64,000 bases of DNA from Tubulanus polymorphus (taxonomy: Eukaryota; Animalia; Nemertea): assembly GCF_964204645.1 (NCBI RefSeq), contig NC_134025.1, positions 5,146,001-5,210,000 on the forward strand, in the 5' to 3' direction. Position 1 is the stretch's first letter. The number at the start of each line of letters is the position of its first letter. Made by a program: the position numbers and the translations under genes. This document shows, in pieces, positions 45,466-59,219 of the stretch. Under the pieces are notes generated by a model, which worked only from the letters and a program-made list of their open reading frames with translations, was not told the origin of the DNA and did no database searches.

Positions 45466-46925
45466 TTTTTATAAACAAATTAAATTCAAAAACTTTATTG
45501 TTTAAGATTTTTGCTATGTTTAAAGAGGCTTTTTCACGTCGCCTATAATATGAAGTGTCTTTGTTTTATGGATAAAGTTTAATTTATCCTGTGGTAATAG
45601 ATTGTTGACTAATAATGCCAGTCCTTGAATCTACTGATGGCTGCAGCGGCATTTGCTGCACAAGGTAATAAAACTATTGCTGCCAGTTTGTCTCAGTGAC
45701 AGTGGGCTTATACATTGTTATAATTGTCTATGACTAAATGCTTTGATCATGATCTGTTAATCAGTCATATCTTACATTGACGTATAAAACAGTAGAGGTG
45801 ATCATAGTTCAATTTATAGATTTAGCTAGATATATAAGAAATAAACAATGTTTGAGAATTTACAGCCCATTCATTGTAGGCCTAGTAGTAACACAAGAAC
45901 ACTGCACTGGCACGCAAATTATAATTCTATTGCCTGCAGTAGAAAGTGGTTGAATAATAAAGTTAATTTCTCATAAGTTATCATAAAAAACAATAATAAC
46001 AATCATATGATTGTACTTTAGTTGGTTGTAGTTCACTCCTTGTCACACTGACTGATGCACAAAATTGTTGATGGTAGTTTGCTATGGCAAATTTGATATT
46101 TAGAAATGTTGTGTGTTTTAGAATAATTGCCGTGGGTTGCTGTGGCCACCCACAATCTATGATAGTATTGCCGTAGGTCAGATTTTCCCAAATTCTAGTC
46201 CTGAATGCTGTAGAAGTAGAAATAAAAGGGTAGTCTTGTATCTAGCTGTCCCGGAAGCTGTACATCGTCTGGTATTCACACAAGGATTGCCATAATGCAG
46301 TAGGCCAAACGTTTGGGTTAAGGTCACCGAAGTGTAAACCTTCATACAAGTCTAAATAGATAGATGTGTAATATGAGATCAGTAGCTGAACTGTTTCAAT
46401 AGTTTGTATGAGCCATATCAGTTTTGTAGCCTTTAAACAATTAAAAATAAAATTACAAAATAATGAAACTAATCCTCAGTTTCGGCGCTTGCTCTCGAAA
46501 AGACTTTTCGATAGTAAGTTAAGCAGGCATTGTCTCGTCTTTGGTATGCAAGAAAGAATTGGCTAAATTTCATCGATGACACGACTTGTCAAAGATGATG
46601 TGCTTGACATTGACTGAACTGAAAAATGAAGTGTTTGTTTTTATCAAACAAATATTTGCACTATACGGAATGCATGCTTACTTTTTTATTTCTGAAATTA
46701 GAAATAAAAGTTCATGTCTTGTTCATATGGAGTGTTTTGAATAAAAGTGGAAATATGAGGATTGGCATTTATGTCAGTGATATCAAGAGCTCATGTGAAA
46801 ACCGACAATGTTCTGAATTTATCGAATCAATGTTTTGCTAACTATTAGAAGCATTTTGAAAATTTGAGTTCATGATTTTGAAAAAGTGGGTTTTCAACAA
46901 TAAAAGATATGGATGGGAAAACCAA

Positions 46926-47355
46926 GTGGATCCAGGGTTGGCACCTAAGGCACCTACCATCCCCCTCAAATTTTTCAAGTGCCCTTTTGAAAAAAAAAAT
47001 CTTGTGAAAAGAATACCGTCCTGCTAGAGCACCTGCCTAGAGTGAAAATATGTGAGATAACAAAGGTTCTTTATCATAATGATCATCTTGAGCATTTCCA
47101 CATATATTTTACCATTGTAGGCATCTGATCGTCTGAAGAGGTTAATGAAACCCTCTCTTCAGACAGCCTATACTCAGCTTCAGAGTGTCTAAAGTTGCAT
47201 CTCAGCAGCGAAAAATGCATTATGGAAGCCTCCCTTTGGATTCCTGGCTAATGGAAGGAACCCCTTGGCCTTGTTTTGGGGTTTCCATCGTTTTAAATAC
47301 ATGCACCCTGTATAATTAGTGCTACCTGGTGTATTTAGGTCTGGATCTGCCCCTG
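46926..47355. mobile_element. degenerate MITE-like element with GGATCCAG / CTGGATCTGCCCCTG termini
   Basis: Left GTGGATCCAGG and right CTGGATCTGCCCCTG are imperfect inverted termini; related CAGGGGCGTATCCAGG and TAGGGGCATATCCAAGG ends occur near 38740 and 38927. Confidence 0.45.
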
Positions 47356-47888
47356 GGAGAAGGTTGACTATAAACTGATATCTGTTAAGTTCACCTTTGT
47401 TATGCTCGAAATGACCAGTCCTCGAGTGCCAGTAATCTGGAATTTCAATTTATCACCCTTCAGACCTGTTATCATAATAGTGAATTTTGATAAGACTTGA
47501 ATTTGATAATGCATAAATAAGAGCCTTGTATAGAGGTCAACTACAGTAACGCTAAAAACCCCTCTGAACTTTAGGTATGTGTCCAGGGAAGTCTGAAGGT
47601 ATTTATGAACAACAGTTCGACAAAACAATTACATGCTGTGCATTCCTGATTCGACGAGTTTGATCAACGTTCCCTGTTGTATCAGTAATTAGGCGCGTTG
47701 TGTACATTTTGGTAAGGCTTTTAAGTCAGGGTTTTAAAGGCTAAGCACCCAAAATATTGCGGGTGGTTCTTTTGTCTCTCATCGAAACGAATCTTGTTTC
47801 TCGGTTGTTTTTCTGAGCCATTGGTCTGAGTATAATCACTTTAATCATTAACCTACCTACAATTGTCAAGTGTCAGTATGACTTGCAC

Positions 47889-48019
47889 TATAAATAACCG
47901 AGCTCCGCATAGTTGACATTCCATCCATTGTGGAAGCCACTGTTCATATTATTTGACAATTGCGAAGTAGGGAGTTAAGGCTAACCTGGAATAATAGCTT
48001 AGCGAATGAGGATATACCA
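47889..48019 (+). promoter_or_regulatory. candidate proximal TATA promoter and first exon of the FERM gene
   Basis: TATAAATA at 47889, donor GTAAGA at 48020, acceptor TTTCAG at 48207 before the ATG exon. Confidence 0.4.
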
Positions 48020-48252
48020 GTAAGAAAACGATTGATTAGGGCCTATCTACTTTTTATGTGAGTTTTTAAGTTAATTATGGGATTTTGTAATTGTTTTCAG
48101 TAAGTTAGTTAAACAGTAGGTTAGCGGCGCTGTTTATCCATGGTCGAAAGACTGAAGGAGCCAATGAATAGCCTGAGTAAATGAAAATGTTTACATTTTT
48201 TTTCAGGATTATGATCCAGCATGTTTATTATTTATGGGGTTAGAGGACCATC

Positions 48253-51200
48253 ATGCTCAAGTCTGTTAGGCGATCATCTCTATCATTATCAACGAGTCCT
48301 ATCAATCCGAGGAAGGTGACAGTAGTTTTGCTGGATGGTGAACAACTTGAACTAGTCATTGATGTAAGTCGTTATTTCAGTTTGTCTGAATCCTAGATAT
48401 ATTCAACGATATTATTTACTCAAAGAATACTTTGATGAGTTATCAACCCAGATATGATAATTATATTAGTATTTGACTACCGATAATTAATGCTTTCCTC
48501 ACTTGGATTTGATATAGGCCTATTTTCATTTCTTTTTCATACATCGTAATATTGTTTATGATTCCTGCTTATTGCGATGAAAAAGTTAGTATTTCTATAT
48601 TTCCTTATCTGAATTTCATCGGCCAAACTGTTCTAGATTTAATGATACACGATTTTTCAAACCGTTTTGTCTAACGAGAGAAATCCCACAATAGCGAAGC
48701 CAAGATTGAAAAATTCTATATCAGAATGATTATATTTGAGGAGCGACGTTTCGGCTAACAACTGTTAGCCATCATCAGGCCTACCGATCCTTTTGTCTAT
48801 TTTTTATGATCTCTTAAATTTCCGTCTAGACTATCATTACTATCAATGTGTCTCGTCTTTATTGAATTTCAAATCATCTAGTTTTAAGAAGGTTAATGGG
48901 GTCAGATGGTAGAGAAATATGCTTTTAAAGTGAGCTGTTTTTTTCAATAATTTCTAGCCTACTTATTTTCTGTCTAGTGTCGGTGATCTATGGCGTGTAT
49001 AAGTATTACTTATACGATGTTCACGGACGCTCCTTCTAATTCTTTAAGAATTCCATTCTAATATTTGTTTGTATTATATGTGCCTACAGAAATATTGCAC
49101 GGTATGACTTTGTACGTATAAGTATTTCTATAATTCCTCGTTGGGGTAAACGCTTGAAAAAAATCTGGCGCGCGCGCTGATCAGTGGCCTTTTCAACAAC
49201 GCGTTGGTATTTTAAGCCTTTTGATCGCGAACGAAGGCGAAAAATTACGCTTCACAATCTATGACCTAGGACCATTGAATCCCTCAGGAATGCTGTTGGT
49301 AAACTTTATTGGGGGCAATGTCGTTAAAGGATTGGTCTCTGCATGGCCTAAAACAGAACATTTCTCTCTATATGATATCTCCTACGAATATTGAAAATTC
49401 TTTGCTCCAGTTTAGAATCCCATTACAAAGATTTCGGTATAATGTCAAAATTAATCTAAGAAACAATATGTGCCACGAGCATAGTAATCAAACAAATCAT
49501 AAATTGAAGTCATCATTAAGGCTCGAAAATCCTTTTACATTAAGGAAAGTAGTTCAGTTGCGCTTTGAATTGGACACTATTATAGTTTAACTTTAGTATG
49601 GTTCACACAAATCCCATAAAAAAAATTCAAGTAGGCTTTGATTGTTCAAAACATTTTCCGAGTTCGCTCTGTACTTAATGCATTTCATCTTCAATTCATA
49701 GCTTCCGGATTTTTGATGAGTATGCGTCGATATAAAATTTGCCGTGTACGAGGTATTCGATACAGGTATTTAATGCGGCAGTGAATGATGGACGTATCGA
49801 TTAACATCGATAAACCTCTTATTTTCTCATTTCCGCGGGTGCCGTAGAGAAAATTAAATCATAAATTCATTATCGTTGATCAATTTATAGAACACTGCCA
49901 GCTATATCTATTAGCCATCGTTTTTTGGCGTAATGCAAATCCGAAACGATTTCTGTCAGCTCAGTATGCGTCGATGTTTAGTGAAAGGGTGCAGTCTTTA
50001 TTAGATTTAGGTCAAAATCACCGAAAATTAATTAGAAAATCTTGATTTACATCCTATGTGAAGTGAAGATTATTCTTAGTGCGATAATCAACACTAGATC
50101 TTCGCTAAAATTCTTAATGATTTAGCGGATATAGTAAATTGAGATGGCTATTATATAGAATTTTGATCACTGGTACCGGGTATTTAGTTTTCAAAGTTTT
50201 GCTGATATTGAGTTTAGTTCATATTTTAGTGGATGATCAGTTCAAGGTGAATTGGAATTTGAATCAGACAATATCTGGCGGAACCTTTCTTAAATCAATT
50301 TTAACCATTTTATGGGACTTTATTCTACTGTATACATTTTGTGCATGACAAAAGGTTTAGAAATTTGTATTTGTCGGTATACAAAAAGGAAATGTCTTCA
50401 ATACAAGCTCTGATATATCTTTCTCATGGTTTTTTGCAGGTGAAATCCCGGGTAAATCATGTATATTGTCAGGTCTGTCAGCATCTGTCTCTTAGAGAAA
50501 ATGAATACTTCGGCTTAGCTTCATACAAAGGTAAGTTACAAAGAATCTAATGTTTTATAGAAACTAAAAGCAGTGATGAGGCATGTCTGCTTGAAAGGTG
50601 TGGATTGTGTGATTCACATATACCCGGCAATGTGTGAATAATAGATTCGGTAAAGAATGTTCCAAATACTTAATATCAAACATAAATATGCGATGGGTGG
50701 TGCTAACGACAGTTTTACGTCTATATTTGGTCGTGTTTCCTCAGCTCAGTATCATCGATTGAGTATTTGATTTCCCCAGAAGAGCCCTCTTTGCAAGAGT
50801 GTAGAATAATCAAGTTTTGTTTTGTGACTGAACCATATGTCGCAAAATAAGAACAATAGCCCGTTGAAGTGAACTGAGCTAAATGTTGGCGTGTAATACT
50901 TTCTTGCTGCATTATAGCTGCCATCGTTCAAATAAAAAACCTTCCAAATGGCCGTAGCTTATGACAAAAAAATTGCTGTTAAGATGAATCAATGATTATA
51001 AGAAGATAATAAACAATGATAATGAATGTATTGATTAGTGTCTGACTTGCCGTCAGTATTGACTGGATGATGAGATTTTTTTTTCATCAGGGCGCTAACA
51101 ATTATTGATTGTATTTGCAGATGAAGAATACCAGTTTTTAGACTTGGACCATAAACTCCAGAAGTACGCGTCGAAATCTTGGCGATCCAAACGAAGCAAT

Positions 51201-54200
51201 GTAGGTTAAAAGAAAACGACGATTGAATGTACGAATACAAGATGTATTTTCATCATTCCGTCGTAATTGTGATTTATGCCTTTTGATTTGATTATAGTTA
51301 ATGACGCTAAAAATGATAATCATGTGCAAATCATTGCCTCTATTACTGACATACTGCGACCAGGTTACTGTCTGTGAAATAAACCCGTTTCATTGATAGG
51401 CCTTATTGTACGCGCGTGCACACACAGGCCGCATTGCAAGCTTAATAACGCAAATTGAATAATATATTGCAGCTGTTGTTTAGTAATAGCGTACTTCACT
51501 CAGAATGGAATGTGTTAATTCTGTGAATATAAATACCATGATATATATATATTCATACACACAGAGTAAATTCAGGACTGCATGACCAAGCCATGCTTTA
51601 TGTTTTATTTGTCCTCCCTATTGATTATTTACCTCCAGGATTTTTCCCTTGTTGATAATAATGACAATATACAATATAATTATACCCCTACTGTTATATA
51701 TTCAAATAAAAAAACCCCCAAAATATCACATTTTTTCGCATTTTGCTAGGGTTGTGACGCTTCAGGGAAGCCTCTTCTGGTGTTGTACTTCAGAGTGCAG
51801 TATTATGTCAATTATAAATTACTCAGGTAAACATGTGTTTCAGTTTCAAGCGCGCAATTTGTTCATGTGAAATGATATAGAATATTTATCGAATATTTCT
51901 CAAATATTGATTTTTCACAGAGAAAGGACATCCAGGAAACTGTATTACCTCCAGCTAAGAGAGAATGTGCTCCGTTTCTGTCAGTTATGTGGCGAAGAAA
52001 GACACTTTCAGTTGGCAGCTTATGCCATGCAGGCTGACCTCGGCAACTTTTATGGCAAGAAACACTCAGGGACTTACTTTGAGCCGTCGGAATATTTTCC
52101 AGCTTGGGTAAGTTGATTTGTGGTCTACTGAATTTTGATGACTCGCATCGAGACTCTTTTGCTTCAAAGAGGAGTATGTTTACGATAAATATGGTACTGA
52201 GGATGAATTGGATAAAGATGTTTGATGATCTATTTCAGATAATAGCTAATCGAGGAATACCTTACATCATGAAGAACATGCCGAAATTCCATAAAGATCT
52301 TCGTGGCATGTCGAAAATGGAGGCTCAAATACAGTTTATCAAAGAAGCGTCGAGTCAGCCTGCTGCCCACAACATCCACCTGTATCCGATACGGTTAAAA
52401 AAGTCAGACAAAAAACCGAACTTGTGGATGGGCATTTGCCCAACAGGTTTAGAAATCTATGAACCGCGAGAGGATGGGTTTAAGTCTTTGATGGGAATGT
52501 TTGAATGGACGTCTGTTCAGCGATTGCAGTTTGATGTAAGTTTTATGTGTGAATCTTTCCATGCGAGCCATTAAAAATCAAAACTGTTTATACACTTGTA
52601 TTTCTTTTCTAAGTGTTTTGTGCCATTAAAAAGATATGACATTTCTCCACTGAAGGGTTGACTTCCTGAATTATTAAGTAATATAATATATGTTGTTTAA
52701 CAGTTTAGTGGTATGTTTTCCTGGAAATACTCGTATTGGAATGCGCTTGTACATTCATTGAAAAAATAGCTATTCATTGATGAAAGTTTACTAAGGGTGT
52801 GCATTTCCTCGATATCTAGTTTATCGTTATTTTTTTTCAGCGCAAGAAGTTTCAGATTCGAATGGTTAATGGTGGTCGCCGATTTGCTTATTACACAACT
52901 ACTCAGGATCAAGCGGCACATCTATTTTGGCTTTGTCAGAAGACGCATCAACTGCAGATGTCTGTTAAGAAATCATTGGCTGAGCTTCGTAGACTTGAAC
53001 TGGAAGGTAAAAATTCCAAACCAATCAATCATGTGATATTTCTTTCAGTTGTAAAAATAAAGTGATGAATGTATAATATTCCATTGAATATTTCTAAAAA
53101 TTTCTAACAGAAAAGAAGCGTTATCGAGAGTCATACATCTACAGTAGTACAGATGACCTTGCCTGGGAACAACAGCATAATGGTGACCTTACATACAGAC
53201 CACGACACAAAGCTTACTCTGATCCTACTAACAGAATTTCAGTCGCGAGTAAAACTAGTTCCGGCTCAACAAGTGGAATTGTTAGTGATCGGCTGCATGC
53301 TAGCATAGCTGGAAGTGAAGGTTTGTGGAGACGTATTGGACAATTCAACACCATATAAGAAAAATGAATTATGATATGATACCAAACATAGCCGTACTTA
53401 GCATTTGAATTTTGGTGGCAGAGAATCCCAAAAAAAGCAGTTTTGTTGGATGTAACAATAATAGTAGCAAAAAAGGAACTTTTCCTAAATATCTGGGGGG
53501 CGACTGCCTCCTGCCCCTGCTAGTTACAGCCCAGTGATAAAGTTTCATTTAATTAACAAATCTTGGTTTTCATATTAAAAATGATATATACATATCTTTT
53601 TCAGAAAACTCTCCGTTCATGGATCACAATTCTCCGATTCAAAGTGGCAGAGTGAAAAATCCACAATTTGTGGCTCAAAATAAGACATGCGTTTCGATGC
53701 CGGCAAATCTAAACGAAACAACGAAATCTTTAACGACTGTCGAAATACATAAATCACACGATAAACTGGAAACCGCAGGATTCGATAATCCTGGTTTCGA
53801 AAATTTAATCGGTGATTCTGAAGAAAGTTTACTCTCCGACAAACCTCATCGCGGAGTAAGGCCAGCTTCAATTGCTGGTTTTGAATCGAGCGATCCAGTG
53901 AGTAAAACTGGATTGAATGTCGGATTATACAATCTTAATTTAAATCCGCCAGTTATTGGGCAGCAGGATTATCAACCAAACACTTTACAAACTGTAAATA
54001 CTGTTTCTACAGAGAAACCGATTGCGTCTGGACAAAATAACCAGGTCACTATACCGATGTCGCAATCGGAAGGAATCAGTTGCGATATCACTTATGAACC
54101 ACAAACTTATGCTCCATATACTTTAGTGAGTTCAGTGCCACGAACGGTTCAAGTCGCGCATAGCACAATGGTTAATCCATTGAACACAAATTCTAAAATA

Positions 54201-55586
54201 AACGAACAGCCTCGCGCGCCGGTTCCGGTCCAGTATAAACCGACTATATCTGGACAAGTTCAAATGGTAGCCACGTCAAGACCTATTAGTTCAAGACCTG
54301 AATATCTGTCCCATTACGTTAACGATGAAGTGCACAGTGACCGAGAGGTTATCGATCTTCCATATATCTCTGCCATGAAGACTTTGCCGGTTTATCCTGA
54401 TGGCAGCGGCAGTTCATTTCCAATTTATGAAAATGTTATAATCGATAGAGATGTATACAGTCAGGCAAACTCTGTTCAGCTTTATACTGATGGTTTGCCT
54501 GCATATTCGAACCCAAATCATTCGCTCTATGAGAATTCAGCAGCAGAAAATCAGGCAGTTCGCGTAAATTCTCATCTGCCCATGTATTCTGAGGCAACTG
54601 CCGCTAATCCTCCTATTTATTCGGATATGCATAATCTTGTACATATACCATATTCTGATGCAAATGTTACGACCAATCATCGAACTCCGTCATCATCATC
54701 CAGCGTGTCATATCAAACACCGTCTTCAAAACATCATACAAGCGGTGGTAGTTTCGACTCGCTACGATCGCAGCCAAATCTGCAGCAGGATATATGTATG
54801 AATCTGGATAGAATCGGAACGAGTGAATTTGCCGAAATGAACTTCATTACCTCGAAATCGCAAATGAGTCGCAGCACGGAACAGTTATTAGCGCAACCGG
54901 CGATTAAAGCTAATAGCAATAAGAAAACTAAACTTGTCGCGAAAGCTCATTCATTTGGCGAGGAAACGCGATTACATCCTGATCTAGAAGGCTTTCGAGG
55001 AATCCACAATTCGATGTCTCTTCCATTGATAACCGCTTTGTGTAACGATCGCACATTGTTAAATATTCACACGGAAAGTCCATTGCACAGCCACGAAGAA
55101 GAGATGTCGGAAAACAGCACGCTGAAATCTGAACGTAAAACCAGCGCCGGTAAACGCAGGGAGAAATTCGCAGAAACAGCACGACAGCGGACTCCGTCGG
55201 GGTATTCCGTCGATACCGAATACTCCATGGAAACTATGGTCTCGATAAAATCCGTCCAAGAGAATAATTCATTGAGCGATCCATCGAGTGACGTTCCACT
55301 CGATGACATTTCGCTGTTAGACGAAGAAGACGCTACGATGATCGATGGCATGGATAACATTTCCGAAGCTTCATCCATGCAGAGTTTGAAAATACTTAAT
55401 TCTCAAAGTTTAATTAGGGTTGATGCGAATCATAATCCCAGCCGCAGTCCCTCTGATAGCAACTCGAGCAGTAGCAATCATACATCGTTTAAACAAGTAC
55501 CAACAAAATTGAATAGTGGTGGTCACAATAATTTGATTGTTTATGAGCTGAATGATAACATGCCAGAAACATTCAGCGTTGCTTGA
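48253..55586 (+). CDS. FERM domain protein, Expanded / FRMD6 (Willin) / FRMD1-like
   Basis: Exons approx. 48253-48363, 50440-50530, 51121-51200, 51750-51826, 51921-52107, 52239-52535, 52841-53006, 53111-53320, 53605-55586. FERM motifs LRENEYFGLA, FLDLDHKLQKYASKSW, LYFRVQYYV, YYLQLRENVL, LAAYAMQADLGN, YFEPSEYFPAW; long low-complexity tail. Confidence 0.88.
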
Positions 55587-58500
55587 ACCATGGACTCCTA
55601 AATGGAGACTTGCCCCAAAAGCACATGCCTTGATTTCTAAACCTTTAAGAAACCTCTTTGCAATTATTTCTAGTATTGAAGTATATTCTTGAAACTACCA
55701 AATGGTGGAAAATTCACTGCTAAAATATCGTGATTTCATAGTTACATAGATCATAGTTAAATTCTCGAATTTCCGGAAAATTGAGATATTTACTGAGTAT
55801 GAATAATGAGCATGTGCAAATTTTGATCCATCGTTTTTTTGTTGATACGCAATCAAAATGCAAAGTGATGATTCCAATGGTGCTTTCATGTCTAATTGCT
55901 GCTGCTGAGATGTTCTATAGGCTTGCATAACGTTCGTTTGGTATGTCTACATACCGTAATTTCTTGGATTTGTTTACCTAGTCTTTGATAACATATTTTA
56001 TACATATTGGTACTTCAAACTTTCTTAAATTGATGATTCCAATTATCTTAACGTTAAAACCCCTGCCATAAGTAAGTCAAATTATCACTTCCTGTATGAA
56101 GTTATTAGCTGTGTTTGATCAATACGGGTAAATATCTATACATTTAAGGATATTCATTCCTAAATACTCAAAAAGCCAATTATACAATTGCCTCTCAATT
56201 TTGATTTTGAGTTTGTAAAGATGAACTATTTATAAGATTTTAGCAACATTTCCAAGATGACTTACGTAAAATACTGCATTTTTACATAACGCTCATCTGT
56301 TGTCAGATTTCTAAGCATTTTAAAAGGTTGATTTTTCAATCGACAGCAATTTGAGTGTAGATCTGCCATTATGGGTTTGCTAGTCAGTGGATGATGTTGC
56401 AAATGATGCATTTACTTGTATTCATTTTGAGTCTCGATATTGTGTTCTTTTTATATCTGCTTATAAAAAATCGAATTCCATGCCAGAAATTCATACTAAA
56501 GCTACTTGAAATTGAGTAAAGCAGATTATGTAAATGTTGTCATATTCACTTTTCTACAGATAGCTTTCCCTGATGGCATGGTCTGCACCAAGTTTTAATT
56601 AAGAATCCCTTTTATCTGATGTTTAAGATATTTTACACTCCGTTTTCAAACTGTTATCAGTTCAGGGACTGTGGTGGAGATGAACATTCATTCATGTATT
56701 CTGGTGGTAGAATTGAGGGTAGGATTGTATTGTCCGAGATAGATTGTGTAATGGAATAATTAGTAGGCTGTGTAGTATACTGCATACTGTAAACACTTCC
56801 TGAAATAATTTGTTCACGGCCCAGTCTCTACAAAATGTTCAGTTGCTCTGGACTCAAAGTAGCTGTAACATTTCCATGAAACTAAGTCCAGTATTTACCT
56901 ATCTTGCCGAACACTGATCTCTGCTTGTGAAATAATTCTATAAACCCAATAGACCATCCAAAACACTAGAAATTATCCTTAACAGAGAGAAATGGAACAT
57001 ATTCTTCCAGGGAGTAAGTATACATGTTTTCTTACACTTTAGATAGAAATAGTTACCAATTTAGTATTCATTTAAATACACTTGATATTATGAATATATA
57101 CATTTATATATTGAAAGTTATAAAATATACAAATTGACATTGACATATATAGCATAAATGTACATCTTATCATTACCAGCTGATGGTTTAATAATGAATG
57201 TTTTATATTATTACATAATTTATTATCAAAGACATTATGTTAGTACATATGAGTTTGAGGCAGCTGTCTGATACATTAACCATCAAACCAACATTTTATC
57301 CAACATACTTGATCAAATACCCGGTATTGCCCTGTTATATATCCAAGGTCTAAGGTTCAATAATTTTTGACATCTGCCTTAATAATGTGTGTACGTGTAT
57401 CTACTTGTTCTCAGCACATTAAGTACGTGTGAACTATAATCTCAAGCTGGGTTTATTTCAATGTGGGTTGGAATTTATGTAAATGAAATTTGTATTCTAG
57501 AGACATAGGTAGCTCATTTCATCTACCAGTAAATCAACATTAAATATACTTCAATACTTCTTAACTCGATTAAAAGTATATTGTCTAACATTTAGTTCCT
57601 TTTTGTCAATCTAAAACTCCTATTGTTTTTTTTTAAGGCACAGACTTCATTTACATGTGCAATGAAAACATGCTTGCATATCTGGTCTCAAGCTGATCAG
57701 GTTTGTTTTTAGCAATGACATGTCATAGCTTTTGGGTTTAATATGAGGTAATTGCATCTCACCTTTCGTTACAAGAATGTGCAACTTATGATTAACTTGT
57801 TTGTAGATGTAGCTTATGAATCCTTCACGTTTATACGTGTGTCATGTGTTTATATGTTTGTACATCTCCAGTGTAGCATCTTTAGACTCCATGGTATGTA
57901 TCTTTCACTTTCAGAGTTGATTTCTAAAGAATGTGTACACAATGATCTACAGATTCGTATTTTCGTAGTGAGCAGTACTAATACACTATTGCTCCATTTT
58001 ACAATTCTCAACTTTTATTATGATTTTTCGATATTTGGAGATGACTCATCTCATTGGCTTAATCTTTATAGGAGTTTTAGATTGACATTTACTATTTGAG
58101 GGGGAACCTCCCGGTCAGTTGTCTTTTATATACCAGCTGTGAAACTTCATGTTTTATATTGAATGTAGATTATTTCAACTACTTAAAAATGATATTACTA
58201 AACTGCATTCCATGTTTATATTAATTTGTACTAATATACCTTCCGTCCATAATCTGCTCGCATCTAAATCTGAATTAAAAAGGAACGCAATTAAGAATGT
58301 TTTAATATCTGGACAATTGATTCAGTGTGGAGTACAGGAGCTCTTATTCATTGAAAAAGTGAATGTAGCCAGCTACAATATATTATGTATACAAGACTTT
58401 GTATGATACAATATTTTGTACAGTTTGTACTCATATCTTGTAAATAAATGCAATACCAACTTCGATTCTCGAGTCTAGTTCACTTTCTATGAATTCCCAT

Positions 58501-59219
58501 TCTGATTTCCTCTACAGGTAAGTAAGCCAAAAACATGGATACGTGGACACAACCTAGAGCTACTCCCTCAAACATTTAATTTATCACTCTTCCAAGGTTT
58601 CAGGCGTGTTCTGAACCGACCTAATATTTCCAATCGAACCTCTGATGATCACTGACAAGCAAAGAGTTCACTCGGACCATTTTTCCACGGAATAAAAACA
58701 ATTGACATGACAAAGTCTACTATTCTGTATTTCAGAGACGTCTTAATTACAAATAAATGTAGAAACACTGACTATTGCTTCAACAGAGAAAAAAAAACAA
58801 GTATTATACACTACATAATGAAGTATTTTCAACATCAATGATCAGATAAATGGTAAAAAAATAGAAAGTCTGCAAGTTCAAAAGTTATTGACCAACCTGC
58901 AAAGTACATAAGATGCTACCAAAGATGGCACTTATCTTTTTCTAACGACAATTAATTTTTCTAATAATTTCCTAGTGATAAGCAAAAATACATGTAGCAA
59001 AGTCATCTAGACCTAATGAAAACCATGGGTGTTTAAGCTGCATACTGACTTAGGTAACCTAATTTGTCCATACTTTTCTATACATATCGCTGTGTAACAT
59101 TGTATATGAGCAGATAAAAAATGAATAACTATCACAAAAATATAAAATTTTGTATGTTTCCATCAATTGTTTGAACTAACACGCTATACAGATACTAATT
59201 TACAACACTTCAATAGTCA

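Noticed and set aside
54734-55378. Several overlapping antisense ORFs in the FERM last exon (likewise in PHIP, TMEM161 and SPRTN large exons)
   Set aside because: Shadow ORFs of long coding exons with no recognisable domains or splice support.
55695-58406. Short ORFs downstream of the FERM stop
   Set aside because: AT-rich sequence consistent with a long 3' UTR ending at AATAAA near 58443; no domain signal.
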